DNA from: Octopus vulgaris
Taxonomy: Eukaryota
NCBI GenBank assembly: GCA_951406725.2
Contig: OX597820.1
Coordinates: 48,918,001 to 48,982,000, forward strand
DNA length: 64,000 bases
Reading direction: 5' to 3'
Positions 28,239-40,850 of the stretch are shown piece by piece. The translations under genes and the position numbers were made by a program. The notes beneath the pieces were generated by a model. It worked only from the letters and a program-made list of their open reading frames with translations. It made no database searches and was not told the origin of the DNA. Positions within the stretch are counted from its first letter, which is position 1. Each line of letters begins with the position of its first letter.

Positions 28239-28644
28239 GTGTATATGTATGTATATATCTATATTTATATACATATGTATAATACAGCGTGTGTATGTGT
28301 ATGGTAGAAATTGTAAAAGATAGCAGATATTGCAGTAGAATCAATGAAAAAAGTGACATTTCACAAAACCAGTAATTTAGACATTACAATGCATACATTT
28401 TCTAAATGTGATAACAAATCAGCTTATAAGGTATTCAAAGAACATTGGATAAAACAGTACATTATTTTTAGTCATTGATTATAGATAGAATATTTAAATT
28501 CATCACTCACATGACTGAACATAGACGCACGCGTGCACACTAGTATATACGTGCATGACAGCATATAAACGCTCTACATTATAGACAAACACCCACACAT
28601 ACACACTCACACATATACATATATAAAACGAGGTATAAATAATC

Positions 28645-28857
28645 CTTTATACTGTAGACAAAGGTCTGAATCATGTGGGAAGGGCAGTAGTCAATTGCAT
28701 CGATCTAGTGTTTCAACGGCACTTAGTTTATCGACTTCGAAAGAAAGAAAGGCAAAGCCGACCGACCTCAGCGGAATTTGAACTCGGAACATGATGTCGT
28801 ATGAAATGCCGCTATGCATACTGCCCGGCGTGCTAACGATTCTACGAGCTCCCCGCT
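28645..28857 (-). mobile_element. SINE family B
   Basis: ttatcgacttcgaaagaaagaaaggcaaag...gacctcagcggaatttgaactc...cggcgtgctaacgattct. Confidence 0.82.
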
Positions 28858-28956
28858 TTGCATATATATATATGTAAATGTGTTTGCGTATGTGTGTGTG
28901 TTTTTGTATGTGTGTATGTATGTGTATATACACACATATATATATATATATATATT

Positions 28957-29038
<82 letters not shown>

Positions 29039-29537
29039 GATATAGATATATATATATATATAGGGTCAGCTCATGAATAATGAGTTTTATTTAAAATACT
29101 TCTATTGTTCTTCAAAATTAAGTTAAACAATTGTCTTTTTTATCTAAAATCTACTCTCCTTCATTTTCTACAATGCTCTTCCATCTATCTGGTAAACTTG
29201 CAAGGCCACTTTCCCAAAATGTTTTTGGAGAATACTATTAAATACTGTAAAGAATCATATAGACTAGTGACCCGTATTCTATTCTTTCTAGAAATATTTC
29301 TTCTAATTAAAACATATTTTTTTTAGTTTCACTGCTTTAACGCCTCAAATTTGTTCCAAACTTAAAGTTGTTATTTCTGATATCTGTTCACTGACATTGT
29401 TATTAAAGAAAAAAAAACTTCATAATGGTGATGGAGTGTATGAAAATTATTCAACAAAGTTATATAATAGGAAGAAAGAAATAGAATTGGATACAATGTG
29501 GATTATGAAAATAATAAAAGTAATAATGATAATAACT

Positions 29538-29643
29538 CATGTGTCTGATGTACTCTTATCAGAGGGTAGTCGTGATGAGTATATTGGGCCTCTTATATTT
29601 GAACCCCCGTGTCAGTTTGATAGCACGCATTGCTCTCTCACTC
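29538..29643 (+). mobile_element. 5'-truncated copy of the (TAA)n-associated element at 43809-44362
   Basis: catgtgtctgatgtactcttatcaga...gtgtcagtttgatagcacgcattgctctctcactc matches the reverse complement of 43809-43915; flanked by taa repeats. Confidence 0.8.
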
Positions 29644-29659
29644 ATTAATAATAATAATT

Positions 29660-29842
29660 TAGAACTTGGAACAAGCCATGCAATTTCAGAGGCGGTACTC
29701 AACTGGTACTTATTTCATCGATCCCGAAAGTATGAAAAACGAAGTCAACATGAGGGGAAATTGAACTCAGGATGTAAAGAAGGACGAATTACCCCTAAGC
29801 ATTTCCCTTGGCGTGCTACCGATTCTGCCAGCTCGCCGCCTT
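29660..29842 (-). mobile_element. SINE family B
   Basis: actggtacttatttcatcgatcccgaaag...ttgaactcag...gattctgccagctcgccgcc. Confidence 0.8.
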
Positions 29843-30815
29843 AATACTAATAATGATAATAATATAATAATAACAACAACAACAACAACAATAATAATTC
29901 TGTTGCCTGATTGATTGACTGCTGTCCGTCTGACATTAAGTTGCTCTTGTAATGAAAATAACAAAGTGATCTTTGATGTCAGTCGTTTGGCGATGCTGAT
30001 AGAGATATGAATATATTTGTCATTAATGCTGGTTAAACTTCGGACTCCATCTAATAACAATACGTCATATATAATTGCATGCTTCTGCAAGTGTGAATTT
30101 CTCCAAGTCTTTGTATGTGAGTGTGTAATTGTATCTGTATGTGTATGACTATATAAGCGCGGTTAAATCTTCGTCATTTTGTTCTATTCACCTGCATACA
30201 AGCAACAAGGGGGAAGTTATTGAAAATGTATGAGGTTCTGTAATATATATATATATATATATATATGTATTCATAAGTGCATACACACACACACGCACGC
30301 ACATACATATATACTGACACAACTTTCTGAGGAGTAGACCTGCTTGAAGACACAAACACACAAACGCCTAGATTCTTCCATACATATATATGCTTTTATG
30401 CGTCTGGTGTGTGTGTGTGTGTGTGTGTGTGTGAGTGTTGGTGTCCATGTATAGGTGTATGTTTTCGTTGATCGTATTTTAAAACTTAGTGTGTTATGCG
30501 GGCTTTAAATTTAATATTTTATGCAATCTTGTGATGAGTTCTTAGGCATATCTATATCTATATATATATATGAGGGGGGTGACTGTATGCGAGAGTGTGT
30601 ATGTGAAAGAATGCGAGTGTGTGTGTATAAGTATGTAAGTTAATTTATGAAGTTATATGTACGCATGCGTGTTTTTCGCTTCACCTTAAATGCTCATTGT
30701 GTGTATCCTTCTCTTCTAAACGTGGCACAATATAAAAGATAAAGCGAGTGTGTATTTGATAATTGTGTGTGTTTCTCTGCGCGCGTGTGTGTATTGTTAT
30801 TTGCATATGTGCTTG

Positions 30816-30853
<38 letters not shown>

Positions 30854-31335
30854 AGAGAAAAGAGAGAGAGAGAGAGAAGAGAAACTGTGAATGAAGGATA
30901 CAAAATGGTAGGGCAATGAGGGAATGTGTAAGATACGTTTGCACACGTTACGCACATTTCAAGCACACGCATATATACAGAGATTATTTAAATAGCAACG
31001 GAATGAAAAAAAAATATTAAAAAACATGAATCAAAAATTACAAGAGCAAATCTGTAAAATATTATAGAAACGAAGAAAAAAAATTACATCACACCAGATT
31101 TGAACTCAAAACGTCGAGTAATAAAGTGAGCGTATATTTTAGACAAAATTGATTTCTAAATGCCTCAGATGGACTACGAGATATAGCTGAACTAATTGGG
31201 TTGAAAAGTTCAGCAAATCTACAAGAGTAGACGTCCAAGAACTGATATGGAATAGTGTAGTAAATACAGCGAGTAATTGAAGCAAAAATAAGAGAAGAGA
31301 TTATTTCTGATGTGATCGTACGTTTATTATTTGCA

Positions 31336-31487
<152 letters not shown>

Positions 31488-31594
31488 ATTGGTTATTCGT
31501 TTTTAAGTATTTCAAGCCATGAAGTAAAAGATTTCATTTTTCTTGTATGTCACTCTGACAAGTATATTACAACAATAAAATAGTAATGATGATG

Positions 31595-31660
<66 letters not shown>

Positions 31661-32273
31661 TTCATGTTAACAATATTTTATTGCCTAGCATTATTGCTTT
31701 TTACATTTTTTTGTAAAATATACGTACATCTATATACCTACATATATATATACCTACAAATATACATATATATATAATTTTATATGTATACAATCACACA
31801 CACATATGTATGCATGTATAGATGGATGTATGTGTATGACGATATGCATATTCGATTAAACAGAAAAAGTATAAAGGCTATTTTTTCAAATTATAATGTA
31901 ATTTTATATATGTGTGTGTATGTCTAAAAGACACACATACTCACACTTGCATAGATGTTTAGTTATTATATTATATTATATTATTTTATATTATATTATA
32001 TTATACTAAATTATATATACATACATGCATACAAATATATGTGTGTCTGTGTATATACACAAGGAGAGAATGAGAGAGACAGAGAAGAAGACATACAGAG
32101 AGGCAGAGATAAGGAAAGGAAAATAGATAGATAGAAAGTGAGGGAGTGAGAAAGAGAGTGTTTGAAAATAAATGGGTAGAATATGATATCTACATTGAAA
32201 CTAGGTACTAGCGCACTCATATATGCACATATATTTGCTTTTAAAAGAATTCATATATTTTTGATATCCATGC

Positions 32274-32305
<32 letters not shown>

Positions 32306-32318
32306 CCACCATGGTCGC

Positions 32319-32480
32319 GGATATATAATTGTTAAATAGGACAACAAACGGTAAGGCAAGGCAAACCTCTGGGACACACCAGAAACAGCTGTAAGATTTT
32401 TTCCAATTATGATAATGTATATGACTTGAGAGGTTTGCTTTTCCTTAACGTTTGTTGTCCACTTTAATAATTATATATCC
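32319..32480. repeat. ~52-bp inverted repeat (hairpin / MITE-like)
   Basis: ggatatataattgttaaataggacaacaaacggtaaggcaaggcaaacctct (32319-32370) vs agaggtttgcttttccttaacgtttgttgtccactttaataattatatatcc (32429-32480). Confidence 0.88.
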
Positions 32481-32856
32481 ACAGCCATGCTGGAGCCCCG
32501 CACCTACTCGAACGAATTCACCCCAGGAATTATTCTTCGTAAGCCTAGGACTTATTCCATTGCTCTCCTTTGCCGAACGTTATGGCTGTCAAGCAATGGG
32601 AGGAACAAACACAGACACATAGACATGCACACACAGATACACACACAAACACACACACACATATATATATCTATATATCTATATATATACATACGATGGG
32701 CTTCTTTTAGTTTCCGTCTACCAAATCCACTTACATGTCTTTGGTCGGCACGTGGCTATAGCAGAAGACACTCGCCCAAGGTGCCTCGCAGTGGGACTGA
32801 AACCTGGACCATGTGGATGGGAAGCAGTCTTCTTACCACACAGCTACGCCTGCGCC
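32481..32856 (-). mobile_element. SINE family A, internally deleted
   Basis: Head ...gcagtgggactgaaacctggacc...cttaccacacagctacgcctgcgcc and tail gccatgctggagc. Confidence 0.85.
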
Positions 32857-35063
32857 TATATATATAACAGGCAAGTGTCTAATACGGAGGAGGGGTAAAA
32901 CACTGAGACCAGTTCTGGCCTACTGGTCTTGTCACGCAGGAGGGGAGTGCTTTGCTCCCTTACACGTAATATATCAGACACGGGTTGTGTGTCGTGAACC
33001 AGTTGTAAAGATATTTTCCTCGAGTTAAGATATAGTAACACAGTTTTGAATGGAACAGCCACGCTGGAGTAGCAACTAACATTAGTTTTCAGTATCGCCA
33101 AACTTGCTACTCTAGTTGTTATGTGTGTGTGTGTGTGTGTGTGGTGTCCTTAAGTAATGCAGTGATGTGATTTTCACGTTCGAACCTGCTAGAACGTTAT
33201 AATTATATATGGATACGTTATTGGCTAGATTCTCGCTGTTATGCGTACACTCCATGAAGTACTATCGCGTGTTATTATTGTTTTGAAGAAGACATTCGAT
33301 ATTTTATGATGAGTTTTTTTGTTTCCTTTTGATATCGCTTCATTTGTTTTTTTAATTTTGAGTTTTATAGAACTGTTCGTAGATTTTCATCTCAGCTATA
33401 ATTAATCTCTGCTCGAACGATGATGGTGTGGTTCTGAAGGTTGATGCTGTTAGTGGGCAAAGACTTGGGTGGTGGGTCTAGTTCGTTTAGTAATTCTAGA
33501 TTCTTTTAGAGCAATCAACTCCGAGTTCTTTTTTTGTTTTGTTTTGTTTTACTACAACATTTAGCTAGAACATCTTCTGACTGATATTGTTAAACGATTG
33601 CGCCTTTGGGGAACAGATTTGTAAAGCCAGCTTGATGCTCTTTGACTATGGGAAACCATCTGTATACCTTGTTCTAACCATTCGCCTGAACAAATTTTAA
33701 GAGTTACCCTTGGTGTAAGTCATCGCCCATATCTCATTTGTCCAGATTGGTTTTCATTGACAAACGTTGTAGGTAACAAATGTTCGATCGTAAGGAAGTT
33801 TTGAAAATTCAGTCTGTATTTTGGATGAATCTTCACTTTTTAGGGTACAGCAAATGCCACGTCATTTGCCTTTTTGGCTGAGATGGATTATCTGTCTTGT
33901 TATTTTAGTTACTGTGAGTAAAGTATTAGTCCACATTCTTCGTTTCAGAAATTTTTATCTTTGCTTTCTTCTGAATTAGGTTCTATAGTAAAGAAATAAT
34001 ATTCTGGCTTACAAAGTTATCCTAACTATATACTTTTAACATGTTTCTCTGACTCACTAATAAGATACTTGCCTCCTAATACAGGACACTATTATTGGAA
34101 TGTACTAATACATTTCCCTCTATATATGATTTCAAAAGATTATTCACTTGCCTAGCCAAGATTATGGACCTAATGAAAAATCTGAGCAATATAATAGGGT
34201 AGCTCTTGATATACTGTATCATTATGTTATTGTAATCAATTGAGGTTTAACTGAGCATTTACCACGTTAGAATTATGGATCAAATGAAAATCTCGTGTAA
34301 GAACACAATTTACAATTGATATATTGGAGCGCTCTGCTGTTGTATGCAATAGGAATTTAACATCATATATCGAGTAAGGATACAGATCTAATGAAAAATA
34401 TAAGTTAGACAGGAGATAACTACTGATAAAGAGGAGAAACATGCCTTTGACTTCAGCAGGAGTTTAACATAGCAATGTTTGGCAACAAAACACTTTAACA
34501 ATAGCCTGAATCTGCTGTATACAAACAGGAACTGTACCGGCATTATTTTTACTTTGATGTTTGCATACAGGTATTCCATCTGTTTGCATTACGTTCAGAT
34601 AGAATATTATTAAATGTATTCTGGAAAACCATCACCCATCATCTGGTTGCTATACAAAGTCATACAGAGATCCTTAAACATTGTAAAGTGTGCATTCACA
34701 ATGAGATCATTCTATCAATTACGTACTTTTATTGTGTTACCTCTAATGCATGTGTATATACCGGATCTGATGTATTTGTGATTTTCTTAATTCTAAGAAT
34801 AAATCTCCTTGTTTGGATATATAAATACACACACATACACCCGCACACCAACGCACACACAAATACACACACACGTACATGTATATTCATTTATACTATC
34901 ATATATGTATACATGTGTGTCTCTCGTGTGTGTATTTTTGAGTGTAAGTGTATAAACTTTCGTACATTTCTTTACATGCGTACATACATAATACATACAC
35001 ACACATACATATATTTGCATACGTATACTCACATAGACACATACATAATACACACACAAACAA

Positions 35064-35114
<51 letters not shown>

Positions 35115-35457
35115 CTTATATACATCTATACATCTATATACGCATAGACTTCTTAATGCATTAGGTTCTTCCCGAAAGAATGCATGTGAAATCGGAATCT
35201 AATGTAGAATGTTAATTAAAGTGTAAAAAGTACAGTGCAAGCGTAGGCTGAGAATCGAACGCATCAGCACAATTACCATTAAAGCAGTGTAACGCAATGC
35301 AAGAGACATTCTCAGAGATTCAATCACATTTATCAATTAAGGTTTAACAGCATGTGTTCATTCTTAGCCAGCGTTATATTAGAGAATCTCTGAAATGAAA
35401 GGTATCTTGGAAATATCTAACCTTCTATCGTATTACTTCAAGTATATTATTTTCTCC

Positions 35458-35913
35458 ACCTGATCTTTCTTTCTTCGTTCTGCCGCCGTCCGTGCAGCAT
35501 CTACATTCCTCCCCGTACCTGTGAAATCTTGTATCCCTGCCGTAAGGCTTTATTTCCACACACACCAGCTTAATTTAATTCGCCCTTAGTCGAAAGAAAC
35601 CTGTTGTTAGTCCTGTTATTTGTATTTGTTTAACACTCTCCGTTTCTTTTTTCCGTCCTTGTTTTCGTAGACATTCGCTGCTTTCTTCCAAGGAATCTAA
35701 TGCTCTTAGCTTAGGTTTTCCTTGGGGCTGGCCAGATTGGAGCAATCTCGAGAATAATCAGCTGAAATTACAACGATAAGCTGGAACTCGACCGAGGAAA
35801 GAAAACTCCGAATGACCCGTCCTTGCTTTCTTGGTATCGTTTTTCTGGATGTTTTGTTGTCCATTTTTGTATCATCTAACTGTCTGGACGTTTTGAGCTC
35901 TTGTAACATTTTG

Positions 35914-35916
<3 letters not shown>
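35458..35916. repeat. Unclassified interspersed repeat, copy 2
   Basis: Same family and orientation as 5923-6350. Confidence 0.9.
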
Positions 35917-35959
<43 letters not shown>

Positions 35960-35996
35960 ATATATATATACATATATATATTTGTATGTATGTATG

Positions 35997-36048
<52 letters not shown>

Positions 36049-36177
36049 TAAAAAGAATTCAAACCTTGTCTGATTTTCACGTTTTATTTACAATCTTATA
36101 ATGATATATTATAAGATAATATATTATAATTGATTAAAATAAAATGAAATAGTAGAATGTTAAATGTTCATTCTGAT

Positions 36178-36222
36178 TGAACTAGTACTTTCATGCATTG
36201 AATTCTGCAATCTTCGGGTTCA
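36178..36222 (-). ncRNA. Minimal type-I hammerhead-like motif (U4C variant) downstream of the PLE GIY-YIG domain
   Basis: Minus strand tgaac-CCGAAGA-ttgca-gaattcaa-tgcat-GAAA-gtac-TA-gttca; 5-bp helix I, palindromic agtact. Confidence 0.6.
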
Positions 36223-37407
36223 TGTAGTAGTGTTGACAGTCATGCTTCACAATTTTTGACTGTAGCAAGATGATTGATTCTGTGCTATAAATACAGCTGG
36301 GTAGGCTCCAGAGTGCTAGGTTTTGCAAACTGTATTCTGACCAATCAGTGTGTAGTATCACTCAATTACTTAAGCTGATTGGTTGGATTGGTTGGTATAT
36401 ATATATATTACAAAATATAAATTTATATCTTGAGTGACAGCAACGCTCAAGATATACAACGGACTGGAAATAGAAGTGCTCTAATGAGCTGTATACACTT
36501 TTTTTATCCGAGGGGAGGCAATGCGAGGAACAACCACAGGAACATCAAAAAATCCACAGAATGACCAAACACACACAAATCTTCATATACTCATTAATAT
36601 CTATAAAGCCTGACATTTAAAAAATTAGTAATATATAAATAAACAAATATATCATAAAAATATAAATATTGCATATAACACCTTGAATTTACACTTAAAA
36701 CATTTAGTATAAATTTGTTACAATAAGAGAAATAAATATAATAATAAATAAAAATAAAGCATACAAGTCATATTAAACGACGAATCAAAATTCTAGCGAA
36801 ATGTACATAGAAGATAATAATTATACAAGTTTACAAAAATATAAGTTTACAAAGATACACAGAAGTCCATCACAAAGATACACAGAGGCGCCAATTAATA
36901 TTATTAGACATATCATATACTTAAAATTGGCACTCACCACATCAATATGTCCTATACATACAACACATAGTAAACGTAAACAAAAACACAATCACATGCC
37001 GGCCATATTCAGAACCGAGACATTAGGTACTCCCATTAAATTTTCTCCGATCCTGAATGCTACTTTATACGCATATGATTCGACCCAGCAGCCATTGTAA
37101 ATGGTATGCACGCAGCGCCATCTGGACCATTTCACTTCTGCACTTATTTTATTTTATTTTATTTTATTTCAATCTTTTAAATTTCCACATACAAGCAAAG
37201 CCGCATATTCGGGTTCAAGTCCTTGACACCTTTTATACTAATAGCTATTTTTTTTAATAATTTTTTTCTTTTAATAATTACATTACTTTAGTTTTATTTC
37301 ATTTACTACTCACTATGCTTACCAAATTTAATTCAATTGTTATTGCTTATCTCTAACTTTTATTGCTATTTCTATTTCTAAATTTCTTATGGAACGTCGA
37401 GTGGATC

Positions 37408-37694
37408 CTATGCTGATATTGCATCAGTGAACTTATTTAATACTGCGTTGTTGTAATGTTTCAATATAATATATGCCTCCCTTATGCATAAACCGCTTCT
37501 AGTGGAACCAATTCTATAAGGGGGGCATGCGCAATGATAGCCCATGATATTTTAAATTCAACATTCCTTTCCTTAAGGTCATTAACATGTAATACCAAAG
37601 TTGTAGAGGTCTTATATTTAGGATTGTTGAAAGAGCTCAGGTGGGACCGGTACCACTGCTTAAAGTCTACTGTGCTTCCAATATATATTTTTTT
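37408..37694 (-). pseudogene. PLE GIY-YIG endonuclease C-terminal half
   Basis: KKIYIGSTVDFKQWYRSHLSSFNNPKYKTSTTL..LKERNVEFKISWAIIAHAP, a frameshift in the G6 run at 37520-37525, then YRIGSTRSGLCIREAYII..VLNK. Confidence 0.82.
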
Positions 37695-37704
37695 CTAGGA
37701 ATCC

Positions 37705-38295
37705 TTGACCGCACGCACCCGTATGCACTGCATCCTAAAGGACCATAAAAAAGATTTTCTTGCCAAACCATCAATACGACTAATTTGCCCAACTAAATCT
37801 GACTTGGGTAGAATCAGCAAATCCATATTGGATAGAATCATTCCGGTGATAAGAGAAATGGCGATGTTGCCCTTGTGGGAATCTACCAATGATATTTTAT
37901 ATTGGTTTCACACAATTAAATGTGATGACTCATCATCATTTGTACAATTTGATATCTCGAATTACTACTCCTCGATCTCTCCCATCTTACTGAATAAAGC
38001 AACCATTTTCGTCAAGAACTCTGTTGAAATATCGAATGAAGATATTGATATTATTCAAGCAGCAAGAATGACTCCGATAAATTATGGAAAGCACAACTGG
38101 TCTAAATCGGATTCTTTTAATTTATTCGACATCACCATGGGATATTCGGACTCGGCTCAAGTAACGGATATTGCTGGTATATTTCTGTTAGACAAGAATA
38201 AGCGGTTTTTCCCATCTCTATCCGGAGGTATTTATAAGCATGATGCATTGTTCATCGTATCTAATCATTCAAATCCACAGATTGAAAGACCTTAG
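37705..38295 (+). pseudogene. PLE reverse transcriptase fragment (resembles Naiad-type RTs; clade call is inference)
   Basis: LKDHKKDF..IRLICPTKSDLGRISK..FVQFDISNYYSSI..FDITMGYSDSAQV..GIYKHD; catalytic YxDD is decayed; truncated at a TA tract. Confidence 0.82.
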
Positions 38296-38308
38296 AGAAT
38301 TTCTCAAG

Positions 38309-38345
<37 letters not shown>

Positions 38346-38447
38346 TACATACAAGTATATAGATATATTCAGGAAAAGAATAAAGAAATAAAAGAATACA
38401 TACATACATACTTACATACATTCCTACACACACACACACACACACAC

Positions 38448-38480
<33 letters not shown>

Positions 38481-38504
38481 ACTCACACATCGTAATATAA
38501 CACC

Positions 38505-38760
38505 AAACTCAAAATTCCCTTTAACCTGGCAAAACGAATTTGTCCCATAGTATCATCACCATCCAAACGTGAACAAAGACTAGAGGAACTGAATGACACA
38601 CTTATCCATAGATTCTTCACCACCTGGAATATTCACCAACGGAATAATCAAGGTGAAAGAAATGGATATCAATAAGTGCTCAGACGTCTTCAATCAAAAA
38701 CAAAGACTGGATAAAGAAAGACAAGTTATCAACAAGTATAAACCACCATTAAATATAGAC
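38505..38760 (+). pseudogene. Fragment of a second, different PLE ORF with an internal deletion
   Basis: KIPFNLAKRICPIVSSPSKREQRLEELN..PPGIFTNGI (thumb region) joined to RLDKERQVINKYKPPLN (GIY-YIG end). Confidence 0.6.
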
Positions 38761-39814
38761 CCAACCATAACCTATATATATAAGAACGGACACGTAAACA
38801 CAATTATAAACAATTTTATACATATCATGTTTTTAAAATAATTCCTATCATCTCCTGAATCTTTTTTGAATATACATATATACTAGCACAGACACACAAA
38901 CAAATACACACACACAAACCCACGCGCGCACAAACATACACACATACGCAGAAAAGTAAATATCACAAAAAAACACACATATATAATAGAAAACATCACA
39001 AATACACACACACAAACACACAAACATACATACATGCACAAAAAAGAAAACATCACAAAGACACATGCACACACTACTGGTGACCACATACATACACACA
39101 GGTGGAGACACTGTAAAGAATACATCTTCCCCAAAGGAAATTCCTAATTCTTTTTTTCAACAAGAGAAATTCCTTACGGTATACACACCCATCAACTCAC
39201 AGCTGGTCATTTTTGATAACATATTTAAAGGACATTCAGCACAATGCACACACACACACACGACGGTGGACATAAAACCCATCCAATAAATGCTTTTTAG
39301 CCACTCCCTTCACAGCAACACACAAATATTTCTTTTAGACAATAGACACCCTTTCACTCACTCTCTAATACTTTGAACTCTACACCAAAATATATTTAAA
39401 AAAGACTTCAAAGAAAAATCTCCAGACATGTTCTTGACCACCAGACAAGATAAACTGTTTTCACTATCAAGTTTTCAAAGTTTTATAAATTTTTACTAAT
39501 ATTTGGCAAGTTGAAATACATCAAAACCGATAATATTAATATTTTTTTACTTTAACATAATCTTTTATTAAATTCCCTCTTGAATCGAAATGTCTTAGAC
39601 TTAATTCTGTACCATTTTCACCTCCATCTTCTTTATACATAAAAAATTGATTTGCGTCGATCTCTAATCTTTTTTTAATATATATATGTGTTAAAATCCG
39701 CATCATCATCATCATCATCGTCATCATCATCGTCGTCGTCGTCGTTGTCATCATCATCGTCGTCGTCGTCATCATTGTCGTCGTCGTCGTCATTTCTGTC
39801 TGTGTCTTAGGTAT

Positions 39815-40040
39815 TCTTTCTTTTATTCTTTTACTTGTTTCAGTCATTTGACTGCGGCCATGCTGGAGCACCGCCTTTAATCGAGCAACTCGACCCTGGG
39901 ACTTATTCTTTTTGTAAGCCCAGTACTTATTCTATCGGTCTCTTTTGCCGAACCGCTAAGTAACGGGGACATAAACACACCAGCATCGGTTGTCAAGCAA
40001 TGCTTGGGGGACAAACACAGACACAAACACATACACACAC
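39815..40040 (-). mobile_element. SINE family A, 3' half, well preserved
   Basis: tttcagtcatttgactgcggccatgctggagcaccgcc...cagcatcggttgtcaagc. Confidence 0.9.
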
Positions 40041-40678
40041 AGGATTTTATTACAACTTATACCTCCTTACTTTTCTGTGTTTCTGTAACTTAAATGCGTT
40101 TGAAAAATGATTCAGATTGGAGTCGCTATCAACATATTTTTGTGTTTTACCCACCGAATAAACGCACTTGTCTTGAAGCCCAAATGTCAATTTGCGTGAT
40201 CTATGGGTACTAGTTATCATCCTCAATAATGTGCAATCCACTTAGCAATGTGTCTTAAATTCTTTCACACCATCAAATCTAAACATTACTCTAATAGATC
40301 ATGTAATCAGTTTAATCGATGTAAGCATGTTCCCACCTACCTCTCTCGGGAACTTCAACTGTTTTAACATAATTCATTTACATGATTAGGCCTCCGGTCA
40401 GACTCCAATCTAATTTGAATATATATTTTGTGAATTTCTGCTTAAATTCAGACCTATTTGTATATGTTTGAAAGTTCATCGATTACAAATTTGCATGCAC
40501 ACACACAGACACAGACACATATCGCACATATATATATTACGGAGATGTACTTGCATAGCAAGTGACCTGATCTGCGATCCTGTGCTGGAACGAAAACAAT
40601 TGCAGCGTGAAAGGTGTTTATAAGCCATTTAAGAAACACAAAAAACCGTTAGATTCACTTCAACATTTAAATTTAATT

Positions 40679-40725
40679 TGTCAAAATATTTTCGTCGCTT
40701 TGAGACCGCGACCTGTTCACCGATA
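40679..40725 (-). ncRNA. Minimal hammerhead-like motif with G3:C8 swapped core
   Basis: Minus strand tatcg-GTGAACA-g-gtcgc-ggtctcaaa-gcgac-GAAA-atat-TT-tgaca. Confidence 0.45.
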
Positions 40726-40752
40726 ATATATATATATATATACATACATACA

Positions 40753-40820
<68 letters not shown>

Positions 40821-40850
40821 TCAAAATAAAAACATGATGCCAAGGATTCA

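Noticed and set aside
32905-32975. HDV-like ribozyme fold
   Set aside because: I could not find complementary P1 and P2 strands in the required order.
33200-33850. Possible PLE N-terminal remnant on the minus strand
   Set aside because: Coding-like composition but no diagnostic motif.
34240-34680. Possible RTE RT remnant (EYLYANIK) on the minus strand
   Set aside because: No clear QG or YADD motif.
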